NCBI GenBank assembly: GCA_963829055.1
Contig: CAWHHI010000003.1
Span: 384,001 to 448,000 of the forward strand
Source of the DNA: an uncultured Gemmatimonadaceae bacterium
Lineage (GTDB): Bacteria; Gemmatimonadota; Gemmatimonadetes; Gemmatimonadales; Gemmatimonadaceae
Direction of reading: 5' to 3'
DNA: 64,000 nt
Numbering within the stretch: position 1 is the first letter of the stretch; each line of letters begins with the position of its first letter. Positions 7,611 to 17,294 of the stretch are shown piece by piece. Under the pieces are notes generated by a model. That model did no database searches, was not told where the DNA came from, and saw only the letters and a list, made by a program, of their open reading frames with translations. The translations under genes were made by a program, and so were the position numbers.

Positions 7611-9959
7611 CTACCGCCGCCACTGATACGCCACCTTCACGAAGAACCCGTCACTCCGCCGCTCGAGATCCGAGAAGCTCGACGGTTCGAGCCCTGCCCG
7701 CGTATCGCCATACCCGAAGAACGCCACCGTGCCCGGAGTCGGCTCGTACGACACCAGCCAGTCCGTCTGCAACGACCCGACGTCGCCGCCTGACACCGGC
7801 GACCCGGTTGATAGAAAGATCTGCTCCCCCGTCGGCGTCCGGAGCCCCGTGGTCCGCTGCGCCTGGTACTGGCTCACCACCCGGAAGAACAACGCCCGCG
7901 TCGGCTGATACTCCACCTTCGCGCGCGGGATGACCGTCCGCGCGTACTCCGACCCGTCGAACGCGCGGTCGAGCTGAGACAGTATCAAGCTCGCCTCGGC
8001 GCGCACACTCTTCGTCGGCCGCGTCGTTAGGGTCCCCGTCGCCCGCCACTCTCGCCCCTCCGACCCCTCGGCGAAAATTGGGACCTCGTTCCGCGCCACC
8101 GTCGCCGTCGCATTGAACTGGCGGAACGTCGGCGTCGTCAACGTCACCGACGCATTGATCAACCCCGCGAGCTGATCGTCGGGCGGCACGTACGGCTCGA
8201 GACCGTCCGGGCCGACGATCGCCAGTCTGCTGTAGGCCTGCTGGTCGAACGTGAAGAAGTTCCGCGACGTGTTGATGGATGCATTCCACCCGCCGCGGAG
8301 CCTGAACATCCCGCTGATCGACTCCTGCCCCTCGTACGCGTCACGCAGCCCGAAGTTGTTGTACAACCAGATCCGCGTCGGGCCGAAGAATGCCGTGATG
8401 TTCTCGAAGCGCGCTCCCGGCTTCCCGTAGTACGAGAACCGGTTGAAGCCGCTCGCGTTGATGATGCCCGTCCGCGGCACGAAGCCCGAGCGGCTCACGA
8501 ACTCCTCACCGAGTCCGCTGAACTTGTAGTTGAAGCCCCAGAGTCGGCCGGTGCGGTCGAGCTCCGCCTTCCATACCGGCGACGTCTTCGCCTCGGACGT
8601 GCCTAACAACAGGGAATCCTTCGTGTACGAACCGCCGACCTGCGTCTCGAAGTAGTACATGCGTCCGAACACGTAGCGGAGATCGGTGGCGACAACGGTG
8701 TTCGTCGTGTCGCCGGCGCGGCGATCCGTCAGCGTCAACGCGATCGTCGAGTTACCACCGAAGTCTCGACGCAGTCGCGCGACGTTGAACAGCGCCTTGT
8801 CGCAGTCCCGCCCGATCTCGACGCCGTTCACGAACCGCGTCGGGCACGACACATCGTCCAGCGCGGAGAGATACGCCACGCTCACCGGGCCAAGCTTGCC
8901 GGTGACCTTCGCGCCCGCGATCGGCCGCGTGATCTGCCGCGTGTAGACGAGCTGGTTCGGCGTGTTGAACAGCTCGATCCCCTCGAGGAAGAACGGCCGC
9001 TTCTCGGCGAAGAACAGGGCGAATCGCTCGTTCACCGTCACCAGACTGGCGTCGGACTCGACCTGCGAGAAGTCGGGCTTCACCGTGCCGTCGAGCGTGA
9101 CGGAGGGCAGCGCGACCTTGAAGTTCACGCCGGCATCGGGATTGATGTCCTCTCGTTCGAACGAGCCCGCCGCGTTCTGCGCGCCGTTCCACTGCGCGGT
9201 GATGAACGGCTGCACCTCGGTGGTGATGCCGCGCTCGATGTTCGCGATCCCCGTCAGCGTCCCCGACTCGCTGAGAAAGCTCGCCGTCGCCCGGCGTGCG
9301 TCGGTCCACGTGTCCTCGAAGCCGGTGGACTGCACGTTTCGCACGACGTTGATCCCCCACGTCTGCGGATCGCCCGCGGGAAATCGGAGACTCTTGAATG
9401 GGATCCGGACCTCGACGACATACCCGCTGTCCGTCAGCTGCCCTTTGGACTCGAAGCGGAAGTCCGGGTTCGCGTCGATGTTGCCGCCGAACATGCTGCC
9501 GGCGCTCGCCGCGCCCTCGGTGCGTACGCCATCACCCTGCGAGCCTAACGGGTTGACGATGAAGAAGTACGCGCGCCGATGATCGTTGAACGTGTCGAGG
9601 TAGATCGTGACGCGGTCCTCGTTCCCGAGCTTGTCGCGGTCGGCGACGGTGGCGCGGATCGACCCCGGATTCTTCGCGTTCGCGATGATGGCGAAATAAA
9701 TCGCATCCTGCGAATAAAAAACCCGCGTCTCGGTGCGGTCCTCGGCAGGACGGTTATCGAGCGGCTGATACTGATGAAAGCCGGTGAGCCTCGCGGCCTG
9801 GGACCATGCTGGGTCGGTGAGCGACCCATCGATGGTGGCGGTCGTGGTCAGCCGCGGAATGGCGACGGCGGGTCGACCAGCTCCATCATAGGACTGACCC
9901 GGCGTGGCAGGACCCTGCGCGCCGGCTATTTGTAGTAGAAGAAAGGCGGTTGCAAACAT
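7611..9959 (-). CDS. DUF5916/CBM9-like domain outer-membrane protein
   Basis: Signal peptide; IDGSLTDPAW; EVRIPFKSLRF; PDFSQVESD; EKRPFFLEG; C-terminal FFVKVAYQWRR. Confidence 0.85.
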   Translation of the reverse strand: MFATAFLLLQIAGAQGPATPGQSYDGAGRPAVAIPRLTTTATIDGSLTDPAWSQAARLTGFHQYQPLDNRPAEDRTETRVFYSQDAIYFAIIANAKNPGSIRATVADRDKLGNEDRVTIYLDTFNDHRRAYFFIVNPLGSQGDGVRTEGAASAGSMFGGNIDANPDFRFESKGQLTDSGYVVEVRIPFKSLRFPAGDPQTWGINVVRNVQSTGFEDTWTDARRATASFLSESGTLTGIANIERGITTEVQPFITAQWNGAQNAAGSFEREDINPDAGVNFKVALPSVTLDGTVKPDFSQVESDASLVTVNERFALFFAEKRPFFLEGIELFNTPNQLVYTRQITRPIAGAKVTGKLGPVSVAYLSALDDVSCPTRFVNGVEIGRDCDKALFNVARLRRDFGGNSTIALTLTDRRAGDTTNTVVATDLRYVFGRMYYFETQVGGSYTKDSLLLGTSEAKTSPVWKAELDRTGRLWGFNYKFSGLGEEFVSRSGFVPRTGIINASGFNRFSYYGKPGARFENITAFFGPTRIWLYNNFGLRDAYEGQESISGMFRLRGGWNASINTSRNFFTFDQQAYSRLAIVGPDGLEPYVPPDDQLAGLINASVTLTTPTFRQFNATATVARNEVPIFAEGSEGREWRATGTLTTRPTKSVRAEASLILSQLDRAFDGSEYARTVIPRAKVEYQPTRALFFRVVSQYQAQRTTGLRTPTGEQIFLSTGSPVSGGDVGSLQTDWLVSYEPTPGTVAFFGYGDTRAGLEPSSFSDLERRSDGFFVKVAYQWRR

Positions 9960-10027
9960 CCGCCCAATCTAGCCACGATGGCCCAGCCCGGCTCACCTAA
10001 ACGGTGTGCGAATGATGTGAGGCGCTC

Positions 10028-10234
10028 GTCATTCCGAGCGGGTCGTCATTCCGAGCGAACGACGTGAGTCGAGGAGTGCCACTCTGGGCGCATCGAGGAA
10101 TCCTTGACGTCCCGATCGAGGGGCCGTCCTCTACCCCGTGAGGCCGAGGATTCCTCGACTCACTTCGTTCGCTCGGAATGACGACGACTGCCGCTCGGAA
10201 TGACACGGCTCGGCACAGTCCGCTCGGAATGACA
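10028..10234. repeat. REP-like GTCATTCCGAGCG/CGCTCGGAATGAC palindromic element
   Basis: Two left units (10028, 10045), internal GAGGAATCC/GGATTCCTC arms, three right units ending 10234. Confidence 0.88.
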
Positions 10235-10651
10235 ATGATCAACCGCGTTCTCGAAGCCTGCCTCTACGCCACCGATCTCGACGCCGCCGAGCGGTTTTAC
10301 GTCGACGTCCTCGGACTCGAGCGGTTCTCGAGCTCGCCCGGCCGCCACGTGTTCTTTCGCTGCGGAGACGGAATGTTTCTCGTCTTCAATCCGCTGAGAA
10401 CGAGCGCGGAAGCATCCAGCGTTGGCGGAGCGGTCGTGCCGACGCATGGCGCGACCGGCCCCGGACACGTGGCGTTCGCCATCCCCGATGCGGACATTCC
10501 AGCATGGCGCGCGAGACTCGATGCCGCTGGCGTCGCGATCGAATCGGAAGTGACCTGGCCGCGCGGCGGTCGCTCGATCTACGTGCGCGACCCCGCCAGC
10601 AACTGCGTGGAGCTGGCGTCGCCAAAGCTCTGGGGATTCCCGGATGAGTGA
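10235..10651 (+). CDS. VOC/glyoxalase family protein
   Basis: LEACLYATDLDAAERFY; GPGHVAF; GGRSIYVRDPASNCVEL. Confidence 0.88.
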   Translation: MINRVLEACLYATDLDAAERFYVDVLGLERFSSSPGRHVFFRCGDGMFLVFNPLRTSAEASSVGGAVVPTHGATGPGHVAFAIPDADIPAWRARLDAAGVAIESEVTWPRGGRSIYVRDPASNCVELASPKLWGFPDE

Positions 10652-10669
10652 CCACGGAATTGGTCGCTC

Positions 10670-10895
10670 CTAGTCTTTCTTCTTGTCCGGCTTCCGCTTG
10701 TCGATCACCGAGCCGCCTGACGCCTGATCGCCCCAGCCCGCGTCGCCACGAGTGCCACTGCTCTCGGTGTCTGCCGTCATGTCGGGCTCGACATTCTGCG
10801 TCGTCGACGCGCTGCTCCTGCCCAAACCCACTGGTTCCGTGGGCGCCGTGTCCCTTCTTATCCGCGCTGTCGTTGTCGGTGCGCCGTTCCGCCAT
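10670..10895 (-). CDS. small hydrophilic hypothetical protein, probably frameshifted
   Basis: MAERRTDNDSADKKGHG... continues in another frame as ...GDAGWGDQASGGSVIDKRKPDKKKD. Confidence 0.35.
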
Positions 10896-11018
10896 CTGTG
10901 CCTCGCTGAAATGAGAGACGTCGCCATGAAGCACACGCCGTACCGAACAGCCACGCGACTTCCCTCTGTCGGCGACACCGCCGACGCTGCTATTGTCGCA
11001 AGCACCGGTCGCTGACCG

Positions 11019-11510
11019 TTGCCGTCACTGCTCGCCGTCGATGTTGGCGTCCGCACCGGACTCGCGGTGTATCGCGATGACGGCCGCCTCATCTGGTATC
11101 GCTCGCGGAATTTCGGCGCCGCCGCCCGACTCAAGCGCGCCATTCCCGCGCTGCTGCACGAAGCGTTCGACCCTGAATACGTCGTGCTCGAAGGAGGCGG
11201 ACCACTCGCGGACCACTGGGCGACGGCGTCAGAGAAACACGGCTCGCATGTCAGGCGCGTGAGCGCTGAGGAATGGCGCTCCGCCTTCCTGCTCCCGCGC
11301 GATCAGCGCTCCGGCGAGCAGGCCAAGCGCGTCGCCGACGGCCTCGCGCGCCGCGTCGTCGAGTGGTCCGACGCCGCCCGCCCTACCTCGCTCCGCCACG
11401 ATGCGGCGGAGGCGATCCTGATCGGGCTCTGGGGCGTGATCGACGTGGGCTGGCTACCCGGTGTGCCAAGAGCGTTAGGCGGCGCGCCGCTACCCCAGCG
11501 GAAGCCGTAG
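11019..11510 (+). CDS. RuvC-like (RNase H fold) nuclease
   Basis: LLAVDVG, VVLE, VSAEEWR and HDAAEAILIG reproduce the RuvC D-E-D spacing. Confidence 0.6.
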   Translation: MPSLLAVDVGVRTGLAVYRDDGRLIWYRSRNFGAAARLKRAIPALLHEAFDPEYVVLEGGGPLADHWATASEKHGSHVRRVSAEEWRSAFLLPRDQRSGEQAKRVADGLARRVVEWSDAARPTSLRHDAAEAILIGLWGVIDVGWLPGVPRALGGAPLPQRKP

Positions 11511-12881
11511 CCGAGCGCGAACGCCCGGGCGATCCTCGCGGTTCTCCAGCGCCAACACACCCCCGTGCGCTTCGGCGATCTGCCGGCTGAGCGCGAGCCC
11601 GATTCCCGTCCCGTTAGGCTTCGTCGTGAAGAACGGCACGAACAGGTTCGCCGTGTCGGAGAGCCCCGGCCCTTCGTCCTCGACCGTCACGACGACCGCG
11701 GCATCGTCGCTGGCCCACGATACCTTCACGCCGCCTCCGGTATCCAACGCGGCATCGACTGCGTTGCGCACGATGTTGATGAGAAGCTGATCGAGCTGAT
11801 CCCGGTCGGCGAGAATCGACGTCGGCGGTCCGGGACACAGCACAACGGGCATTCGCTCCTCGAGCTCCACGGCGCGCCTCACCCACGCGTCGACGTCGAC
11901 GGCGCGGCGGATCGGCTTCGGCAGCTGCGCGAGTCTCGCGTACGCCTGGAGAAATCGGCTCAGCGATCCCGATCGCCCTTCGATCACATCGAGCCCATGC
12001 AGTGCCTCCTGTTCCCAGTCCGCGGATCGTGGCTCGCGCTTGAGTACACGCTGCAAGCTCCGCGCGATGGACTTGATGGGCGCGAGCGAGTTGTTGATCT
12101 CGTGGCTCAATACGCGCACGATGCGCTGCCACGCGAGTCGCTCCTCCTCGCGCAGGACGTGACTCACGTCGGTGAGGACGAGCAGCCGATGCGGCAAGCC
12201 GTCCTGGCGAAACGCGCGCCGCCGCACTTCCCACCGCGTATTCCGCCCATCGTGCGCCATCTCCAGCGTGCGTGGCGCGTCGTCCCGCAGGTAGACGTCG
12301 AGGCCTAACGTTTCCGCGCCGCGCCCGAGCAGCCGCTCGAGCGGCTGACCGAGGAGGCGTTCGCCTTCCCGGTTCACGAGCCGGAGCGTGCCGTCCGCGT
12401 CGAACGCGAAAATGGCCGAGTCGATCTCGCCTATGACCGTCCGCAGCAGCGCCGTCGCTTCCATCGCGCCAAACCGCTGCGCCTGGAGCGTATTGCCGAG
12501 CGCGTTGATCTCGGCCACGGCGACGCCTAACGCATCATTCTCGTCGGCGCCAGCGCCGCGCACGGAGTAGTCGCCTTCGCGCAGCCCGGACAGCAGGTTG
12601 GATAGTGTCTGGAGCGGCCGGATGACCCGCTCCCGCGCGAGCGCGGCCGCACCAAGCCAGGCGACGATGACGAGAACGGTGAGCGTCCATCGTACTTCGA
12701 TGCCATGCTCACCGGTCCACAACCAGATGAGCGAGATGGTGACTGCCGGAAGCCCGCCGCCGAGAACGATCAGGGGAATTCTCGATTCCAGCGCAACGCG
12801 CCCGGACTCCCGCTGGGGTCGCTGAGTCCCCAGTCCCGAATCCCCAGTCCCCAGTGGGTCCGTCCCGGTTTCAGAGTCCAT
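11490..12881 (-). CDS. sensor histidine kinase (NtrY-like)
   Basis: Two TM helices, PAS-like region, LSHEINNSL, NIVRNA, DEGPG and GTGIGL boxes. Confidence 0.92.
   Translation of the reverse strand: MDSETGTDPLGTGDSGLGTQRPQRESGRVALESRIPLIVLGGGLPAVTISLIWLWTGEHGIEVRWTLTVLVIVAWLGAAALARERVIRPLQTLSNLLSGLREGDYSVRGAGADENDALGVAVAEINALGNTLQAQRFGAMEATALLRTVIGEIDSAIFAFDADGTLRLVNREGERLLGQPLERLLGRGAETLGLDVYLRDDAPRTLEMAHDGRNTRWEVRRRAFRQDGLPHRLLVLTDVSHVLREEERLAWQRIVRVLSHEINNSLAPIKSIARSLQRVLKREPRSADWEQEALHGLDVIEGRSGSLSRFLQAYARLAQLPKPIRRAVDVDAWVRRAVELEERMPVVLCPGPPTSILADRDQLDQLLINIVRNAVDAALDTGGGVKVSWASDDAAVVVTVEDEGPGLSDTANLFVPFFTTKPNGTGIGLALSRQIAEAHGGVLALENREDRPGVRARLRLPLG
12825..12855 (+). repeat. CCCCAGT heptamer array inside kinase 5' end
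   Basis: AGTCCCCAGTCCCGAATCCCCAGTCCCCAGT. Confidence 0.75.
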
Positions 12882-14250
12882 GCTGCTGGATCCGGCGGTA
12901 CAGCGCACTCCGGCTCATGCCTAACGCTTCGGCCGCCTGGACCACGTTCCCGCCACTCCGCGCGAGCGCCTGTTGAATGAGATACTTCTCGGCGTCATCC
13001 ATCGTCATCGCCGCGATGTCGGACGCGCCTGACGGCGCCGCACCGCGGAGACCGAGGTCGTCGCTCGTGATGAGCCCCCCGCGTGCCATGAGGATCGATC
13101 GCTCGACCGCATGCTGCAGCTCGCGCACGTTTCCCGGCCAGCCGTGCGCCTGCATCGCGGCGGTGGCCCCATCATCGAAGCCGTGAATCGTCTTGCGGTA
13201 ACGCGCGGCGTATTCGCCGAGGAAGTGCGTGGCGAGGCGAGGAATGTCTTCGCGCCGGTCGCGGAGCGGGGGCAGGCGGATCTCGACCGTGTTCAGTCGG
13301 TAGAGCAGATCCTCGCGAAACCGCCCGGCGGCGATCTCGGCGCGGATGTCCGCGTTCGTGGCGGCGAGCACGCGCACGTCGGCGCGCAGTGTGCGGGACG
13401 AGCCGACGCGCTGGAACTCGCCCGTCTGCAGCACGCGCAGCAGCTTCGCCTGAAGCTTCGGCGCCATGTTCGCGATCTCGTCGAGGAAGAGCGTGCCGCC
13501 ATCGGCGAGCTCGAAGCATCCGACGCGGTCGGCCTTCGCGTCCGTGAACGCGCCTTTCACGTGGCCAAAGAGCTCGCTCTCCGCCACACCCTCGGACAGT
13601 CCGCCGGCGTTCACGGTGATGAGCGGCCGCGACGCGCGGTTCGAGGCGGCGTGCAACTGCTGCGCGACGACCTCCTTGCCGGTGCCGTGCTCGCCCGTGA
13701 TGAGGACGTTCGCGTCGGACGCCGCCACCCGGTCGATGAGCTCGAGCACGGACTGCATTGCGCGTGAGCCCGCGATGAGCGCTGGAACGTTAGGCGCGAG
13801 GCGCCGGTTCTCGGTTGCCAGCCGCTCGTTCGCGCGCCGCGCGCGCGACAGCTCGATCTGGGTGCGGAGGATCGCAACGAGGCGCTCGTCATCCCACGGC
13901 TTCTCGATGTAGTCCGCAGCGCCGCGCCGCATGGCTTCGACGGCGCCCTGCACGCTGCCGTACGCCGTCATGACGATGATCGGCAGCGTCGCGTCGAGCG
14001 CGCGCACGCGGGCCAGCACGTCGAGCCCTTCACGTCCCGACGTCGTGTCGCGGGCGTAGTTGAGATCCATGATGACGGCGTCGAGCGTGTTCGATTCGAC
14101 GGCCTTCAGAATCTCGACCGGCCGCGCCGCCTGCACGATGCGGTATCCCTCTTCCTTGAGCATGAGCCGCAGCGCGTCCAGCACGGCAGGCTGGTCATCG
14201 GCGATCAGTACTTCGGGACTGGGGGCTGGGGACTGGGGACTGGGCGGCAT
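12871..14250 (-). CDS. sigma-54-dependent response regulator (NtrC family)
   Basis: REC domain; [31 protein letters not shown]; Fis HTH. Confidence 0.95.
   Translation of the reverse strand: MPPSPQSPAPSPEVLIADDQPAVLDALRLMLKEEGYRIVQAARPVEILKAVESNTLDAVIMDLNYARDTTSGREGLDVLARVRALDATLPIIVMTAYGSVQGAVEAMRRGAADYIEKPWDDERLVAILRTQIELSRARRANERLATENRRLAPNVPALIAGSRAMQSVLELIDRVAASDANVLITGEHGTGKEVVAQQLHAASNRASRPLITVNAGGLSEGVAESELFGHVKGAFTDAKADRVGCFELADGGTLFLDEIANMAPKLQAKLLRVLQTGEFQRVGSSRTLRADVRVLAATNADIRAEIAAGRFREDLLYRLNTVEIRLPPLRDRREDIPRLATHFLGEYAARYRKTIHGFDDGATAAMQAHGWPGNVRELQHAVERSILMARGGLITSDDLGLRGAAPSGASDIAAMTMDDAEKYLIQQALARSGGNVVQAAEALGMSRSALYRRIQQHGL
14215..14244 (-). repeat. GGGGACT heptamer array (left arm)
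   Basis: GGGACTGGGGGCTGGGGACTGGGGACTGGG. Confidence 0.8.
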
Positions 14251-14353
14251 CTCTGCAATGAATTGGACTCAGTGCGCGATGTACGGATGCCGCACGTCTA
14301 TGAAACGTGGGCAGCTTCCTCGTCGTCCAACACGAGTCAGTCGACGAGTGGCC

Positions 14354-14884
14354 ATGGGAATCCGCAGTTACCAGGATCTCGACGTGTGGAAGCTGAGTGT
14401 CGAGCTGGCAGTGCAGGCCGATCTGCTCGCGGACGTCCTCGTTTCCGTGCGCCGTTATGCGATGGCAAACCAGCTACTCCGAGCCTCCCTATCCGTACCG
14501 TCGAATATTGCCGAAGGCAACGGCAGAGTGCACCGGGCAGAGTACGCGCATCACGTTTCGATGGCGCGCGGCTCGCTCTACGAGGTGCAATCGGTGCTGT
14601 ACGTCGCAATGCGCGCGAACCGCTTGACCGAAGCGCAATGCGCGGAGTCGCTGAAGCTGATCAACTCCATAGGGAGAATGCTGACAAGGCTTCTGCGCGC
14701 ACTCTACCGGAAACCGCCTAGCGACTCGCGGCGAGTAGCGACTCGTGTTCCCGGACGCGCAGCGCTGTTCCCAGTCCCCAGTCCCCAATCCCCAGTCCCC
14801 GCTATTCTCCTCTCAGCGCTCCCAGTAGATCGGTTCGCGCGGCGCGGCGGGCCGGGATCCAACTCGCGAGTGCCGCCACGGTGA
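14354..14884 (+). CDS. four helix bundle protein (23S rRNA IVP/Avd-like family)
   Basis: IRSYQDLDVWK, QLLRASLSVPSNIAEGNGR and ARGSLYEV motifs; the 3' end reads through the repeat and is uncertain. Confidence 0.88.
   Translation: MGIRSYQDLDVWKLSVELAVQADLLADVLVSVRRYAMANQLLRASLSVPSNIAEGNGRVHRAEYAHHVSMARGSLYEVQSVLYVAMRANRLTEAQCAESLKLINSIGRMLTRLLRALYRKPPSDSRRVATRVPGRAALFPVPSPQSPVPAILLSALPVDRFARRGGPGSNSRVPPR
14770..14800 (+). repeat. CCCCAGT heptamer array (right arm)
   Basis: CCCAGTCCCCAGTCCCCAATCCCCAGTCCCC. Confidence 0.8.
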
Positions 14885-17201
14885 TGAGAATGGCCGATAC
14901 GCTGACGAGTGTTGGTACGTGAATCGGGCCGACGCCGAACAGCATACTCCGAATCGCGCGTCCGACCAGAACGGCGCCCACGAGCCCGACGCCAACGCCC
15001 GCGAGCGTCAGCCGCACACCCTGCCCCACCACCAGGCGCCGCACGTCCCGCCCCTGCGCCCCGAGCGCAAGCCGAATTCCGATCTCATGCCGCCGCTCGG
15101 CCACCGAATACGCGATGAGCCCGTAGACGCCCACGGTCGCGAGCACCAACGCCATGAGCGCGAACACCCCGATCATCGACCCGCTCAGGCGCTGCGCGAG
15201 GATCGACTTCGACACCTGCTCCTGCATCGTCGAGATGTCGTACACTGGAATCGTGGCGTCCACACTCCGCACCGCTTCACGCACCGCTCCGGTCATCGCC
15301 GCGGCGTCACCTGCCGAGCGAACGACCATCGTCATGCCGCCGTCAGAGTGCTGGGCGAAGGGAAGGAACAACGTCGGCTGCACCGGCTCGTTGAGCGCGT
15401 CGTGCCGCACGTCGCCGACGACGCCCACGATCGTCGTCTCCTGGTCCGATCCGCCTAACCGGATGACGCGCCCTGTGACGTCACGATCGCCCGGGAAAAA
15501 CGTGCGCGCCCACGACTCCGATACGATGGCGACCTTCGGCGCGTCCGCCTTGTCGCGTGCGTCGAACTCGCGTCCCGCCTTGACCGGGATGCCGAGCGCG
15601 CGGAAGTAGTCCGGCGTCACTCGCTCCCATCGAGACGTGGGTCCCTGGCCGTCCGCGGGCTCGGGGCGCCCGATGAGATGGAAGTTCGACGTGTTCGACG
15701 ATCCGCTCAGCGGCAGTGCGCCGGCCGCGCCCGCAGCCTCGACGCCCGGCGTTGCCCGCAGCCGATTCAGCACGTCGTCGTAGAACCGCACCATCGCCTC
15801 ACGCGACTGGTAACGCGGCCCGGCCAGCGTTAGGCGAGATACCAGCACGCCTCCGGGCGAGAAGCCGGGCGGAACGGCCTCGAGTCGGGCGAGACTCGTC
15901 AGCAGGAGGCCAGCGCCCGAGAGCAATACAACGGCCAACGAGACTTCGGCGACGACGAGTCCCCGCTGCGTCCGGTTCCGCCGCGCCGAACCCGATCCGC
16001 GAACTCCCGTTGCGAGCGACTCGCGCACGCCGCCGCGCGCGAGCCGGAGCGCAGGGACGATCCCGGCGATGACACCGGTCAGCACCGCGAGTACGATCGT
16101 GAACGCGAGCGAACGACCGCTCACCTGGATCGACAGCCACGGCGGAAGCGGAATCGGCACGATGGATCTGAGCAGCCGCACTTCCCAGAGCGACAGCAGA
16201 ACACCCAGCACGGCACCACCCAGCGCCAGCACCACGCTCTCGGTGAGCAGCTGGCGCGTTAGGCGCCAGGTCGACGCGCCGAGCGCCTTGCGCACCGCGA
16301 CCTCGCGCTCCCGTCCCGAGGCGCGGGCGAGCAAGAGATTCGCGACGTTCGCGCAGGCGATGAGCAGCACGAAGCCGACGGCGGCAAGGAACGTGTAGAG
16401 GATCGTGGGTGCCTGCCCCACCAACACCTCCCGGATCGGCCGGGCGTTCGCGCGCCAGCCCGTGTTCGACCCCGGGTACGTCTGCTCGAGCCGCTTCGCT
16501 ACCGCATTGAGCTCGGCTTTCCCCTTCTCCACCGTCGCGCCTAACGCTAGACGTCCCACGGCGCGAACGAACCGGCTGCCGCGCTGCAACGCTTGGGAGT
16601 CCACCGCGAACGGCGACCACGCCTCCGCGTCCGGCGGATAGGCGAATCCCTTGGGCATGACGCCCACCACCGTGTACTGCCAGCCGTTCAGCAGCAGTTG
16701 ACGTCCGACGACGGCAGAATCCGCCGCGAACCGCCGCCGCCAGTACGCATCGCTCAACACTATTACGCGATCCCGCCCCGGGGTCTCTTCTTCAGGCAGG
16801 AACGCTCGACCGAGTTGCGGCCGAACGCCGAACACGCGGAAGTAGTTCGTGGAAACGCGCACGCCGTTCACGCGCTCCGCGCGCTCGTCACCGGCGACGT
16901 TGTACGTCGCGTGACGCACGATCGCGATCTCCTCGAACGCGCGCGCGTCCGCCCGCCATTGCAGAACGTCGGGATACGCGACGCTCGACCCCGTGAGCCC
17001 CTGCGCCTTGTTCTCGCTCTCGATCGACACGATGCGCTCTGGCGCGTCGAACGGCGGCTGCGTGAGCAGCACGGAGTCGATGACGCTGAAGATTGCGGTG
17101 TTCACGCTGATCCCGAGCGCCAGCGTGGCCAGGGCAGTGATCGTGAACGTGCGACTGCGCGCGAGCGCACGCAGAGCGAAGCGAATGTCGTTGATCACCA
17201 T
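14802..17201 (-). CDS. ADOP-type duplicated ABC transporter permease (MacB/FtsX)
   Basis: 799 aa; [37 protein letters not shown] and WIPARRA. Confidence 0.93.
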   Translation of the reverse strand: MVINDIRFALRALARSRTFTITALATLALGISVNTAIFSVIDSVLLTQPPFDAPERIVSIESENKAQGLTGSSVAYPDVLQWRADARAFEEIAIVRHATYNVAGDERAERVNGVRVSTNYFRVFGVRPQLGRAFLPEEETPGRDRVIVLSDAYWRRRFAADSAVVGRQLLLNGWQYTVVGVMPKGFAYPPDAEAWSPFAVDSQALQRGSRFVRAVGRLALGATVEKGKAELNAVAKRLEQTYPGSNTGWRANARPIREVLVGQAPTILYTFLAAVGFVLLIACANVANLLLARASGREREVAVRKALGASTWRLTRQLLTESVVLALGGAVLGVLLSLWEVRLLRSIVPIPLPPWLSIQVSGRSLAFTIVLAVLTGVIAGIVPALRLARGGVRESLATGVRGSGSARRNRTQRGLVVAEVSLAVVLLSGAGLLLTSLARLEAVPPGFSPGGVLVSRLTLAGPRYQSREAMVRFYDDVLNRLRATPGVEAAGAAGALPLSGSSNTSNFHLIGRPEPADGQGPTSRWERVTPDYFRALGIPVKAGREFDARDKADAPKVAIVSESWARTFFPGDRDVTGRVIRLGGSDQETTIVGVVGDVRHDALNEPVQPTLFLPFAQHSDGGMTMVVRSAGDAAAMTGAVREAVRSVDATIPVYDISTMQEQVSKSILAQRLSGSMIGVFALMALVLATVGVYGLIAYSVAERRHEIGIRLALGAQGRDVRRLVVGQGVRLTLAGVGVGLVGAVLVGRAIRSMLFGVGPIHVPTLVSVSAILITVAALASWIPARRAARTDLLGALRGE

Positions 17202-17260
17202 AGTCGTGTCAGAGAAGAACTCGCTGCAGCCCGGTTTCCTCGTTCTGGTTCCCGTCGTTT

Positions 17261-17294
17261 TTCCGCCTTCCTCCGTCCTCCTTCCTCCTTCCTC
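17261..17294 (+). repeat. TTCCTCC-type heptamer array
   Basis: TTCCGCC TTCCTCC GTCCTCC TTCCTCC TTCCTC between the two permeases. Confidence 0.6.

Noticed and set aside
14354..14884. Diversity-generating retroelement (Avd-like gene)
   Set aside because: No reverse transcriptase and no TR/VR pair with adenine-specific mismatches in the window
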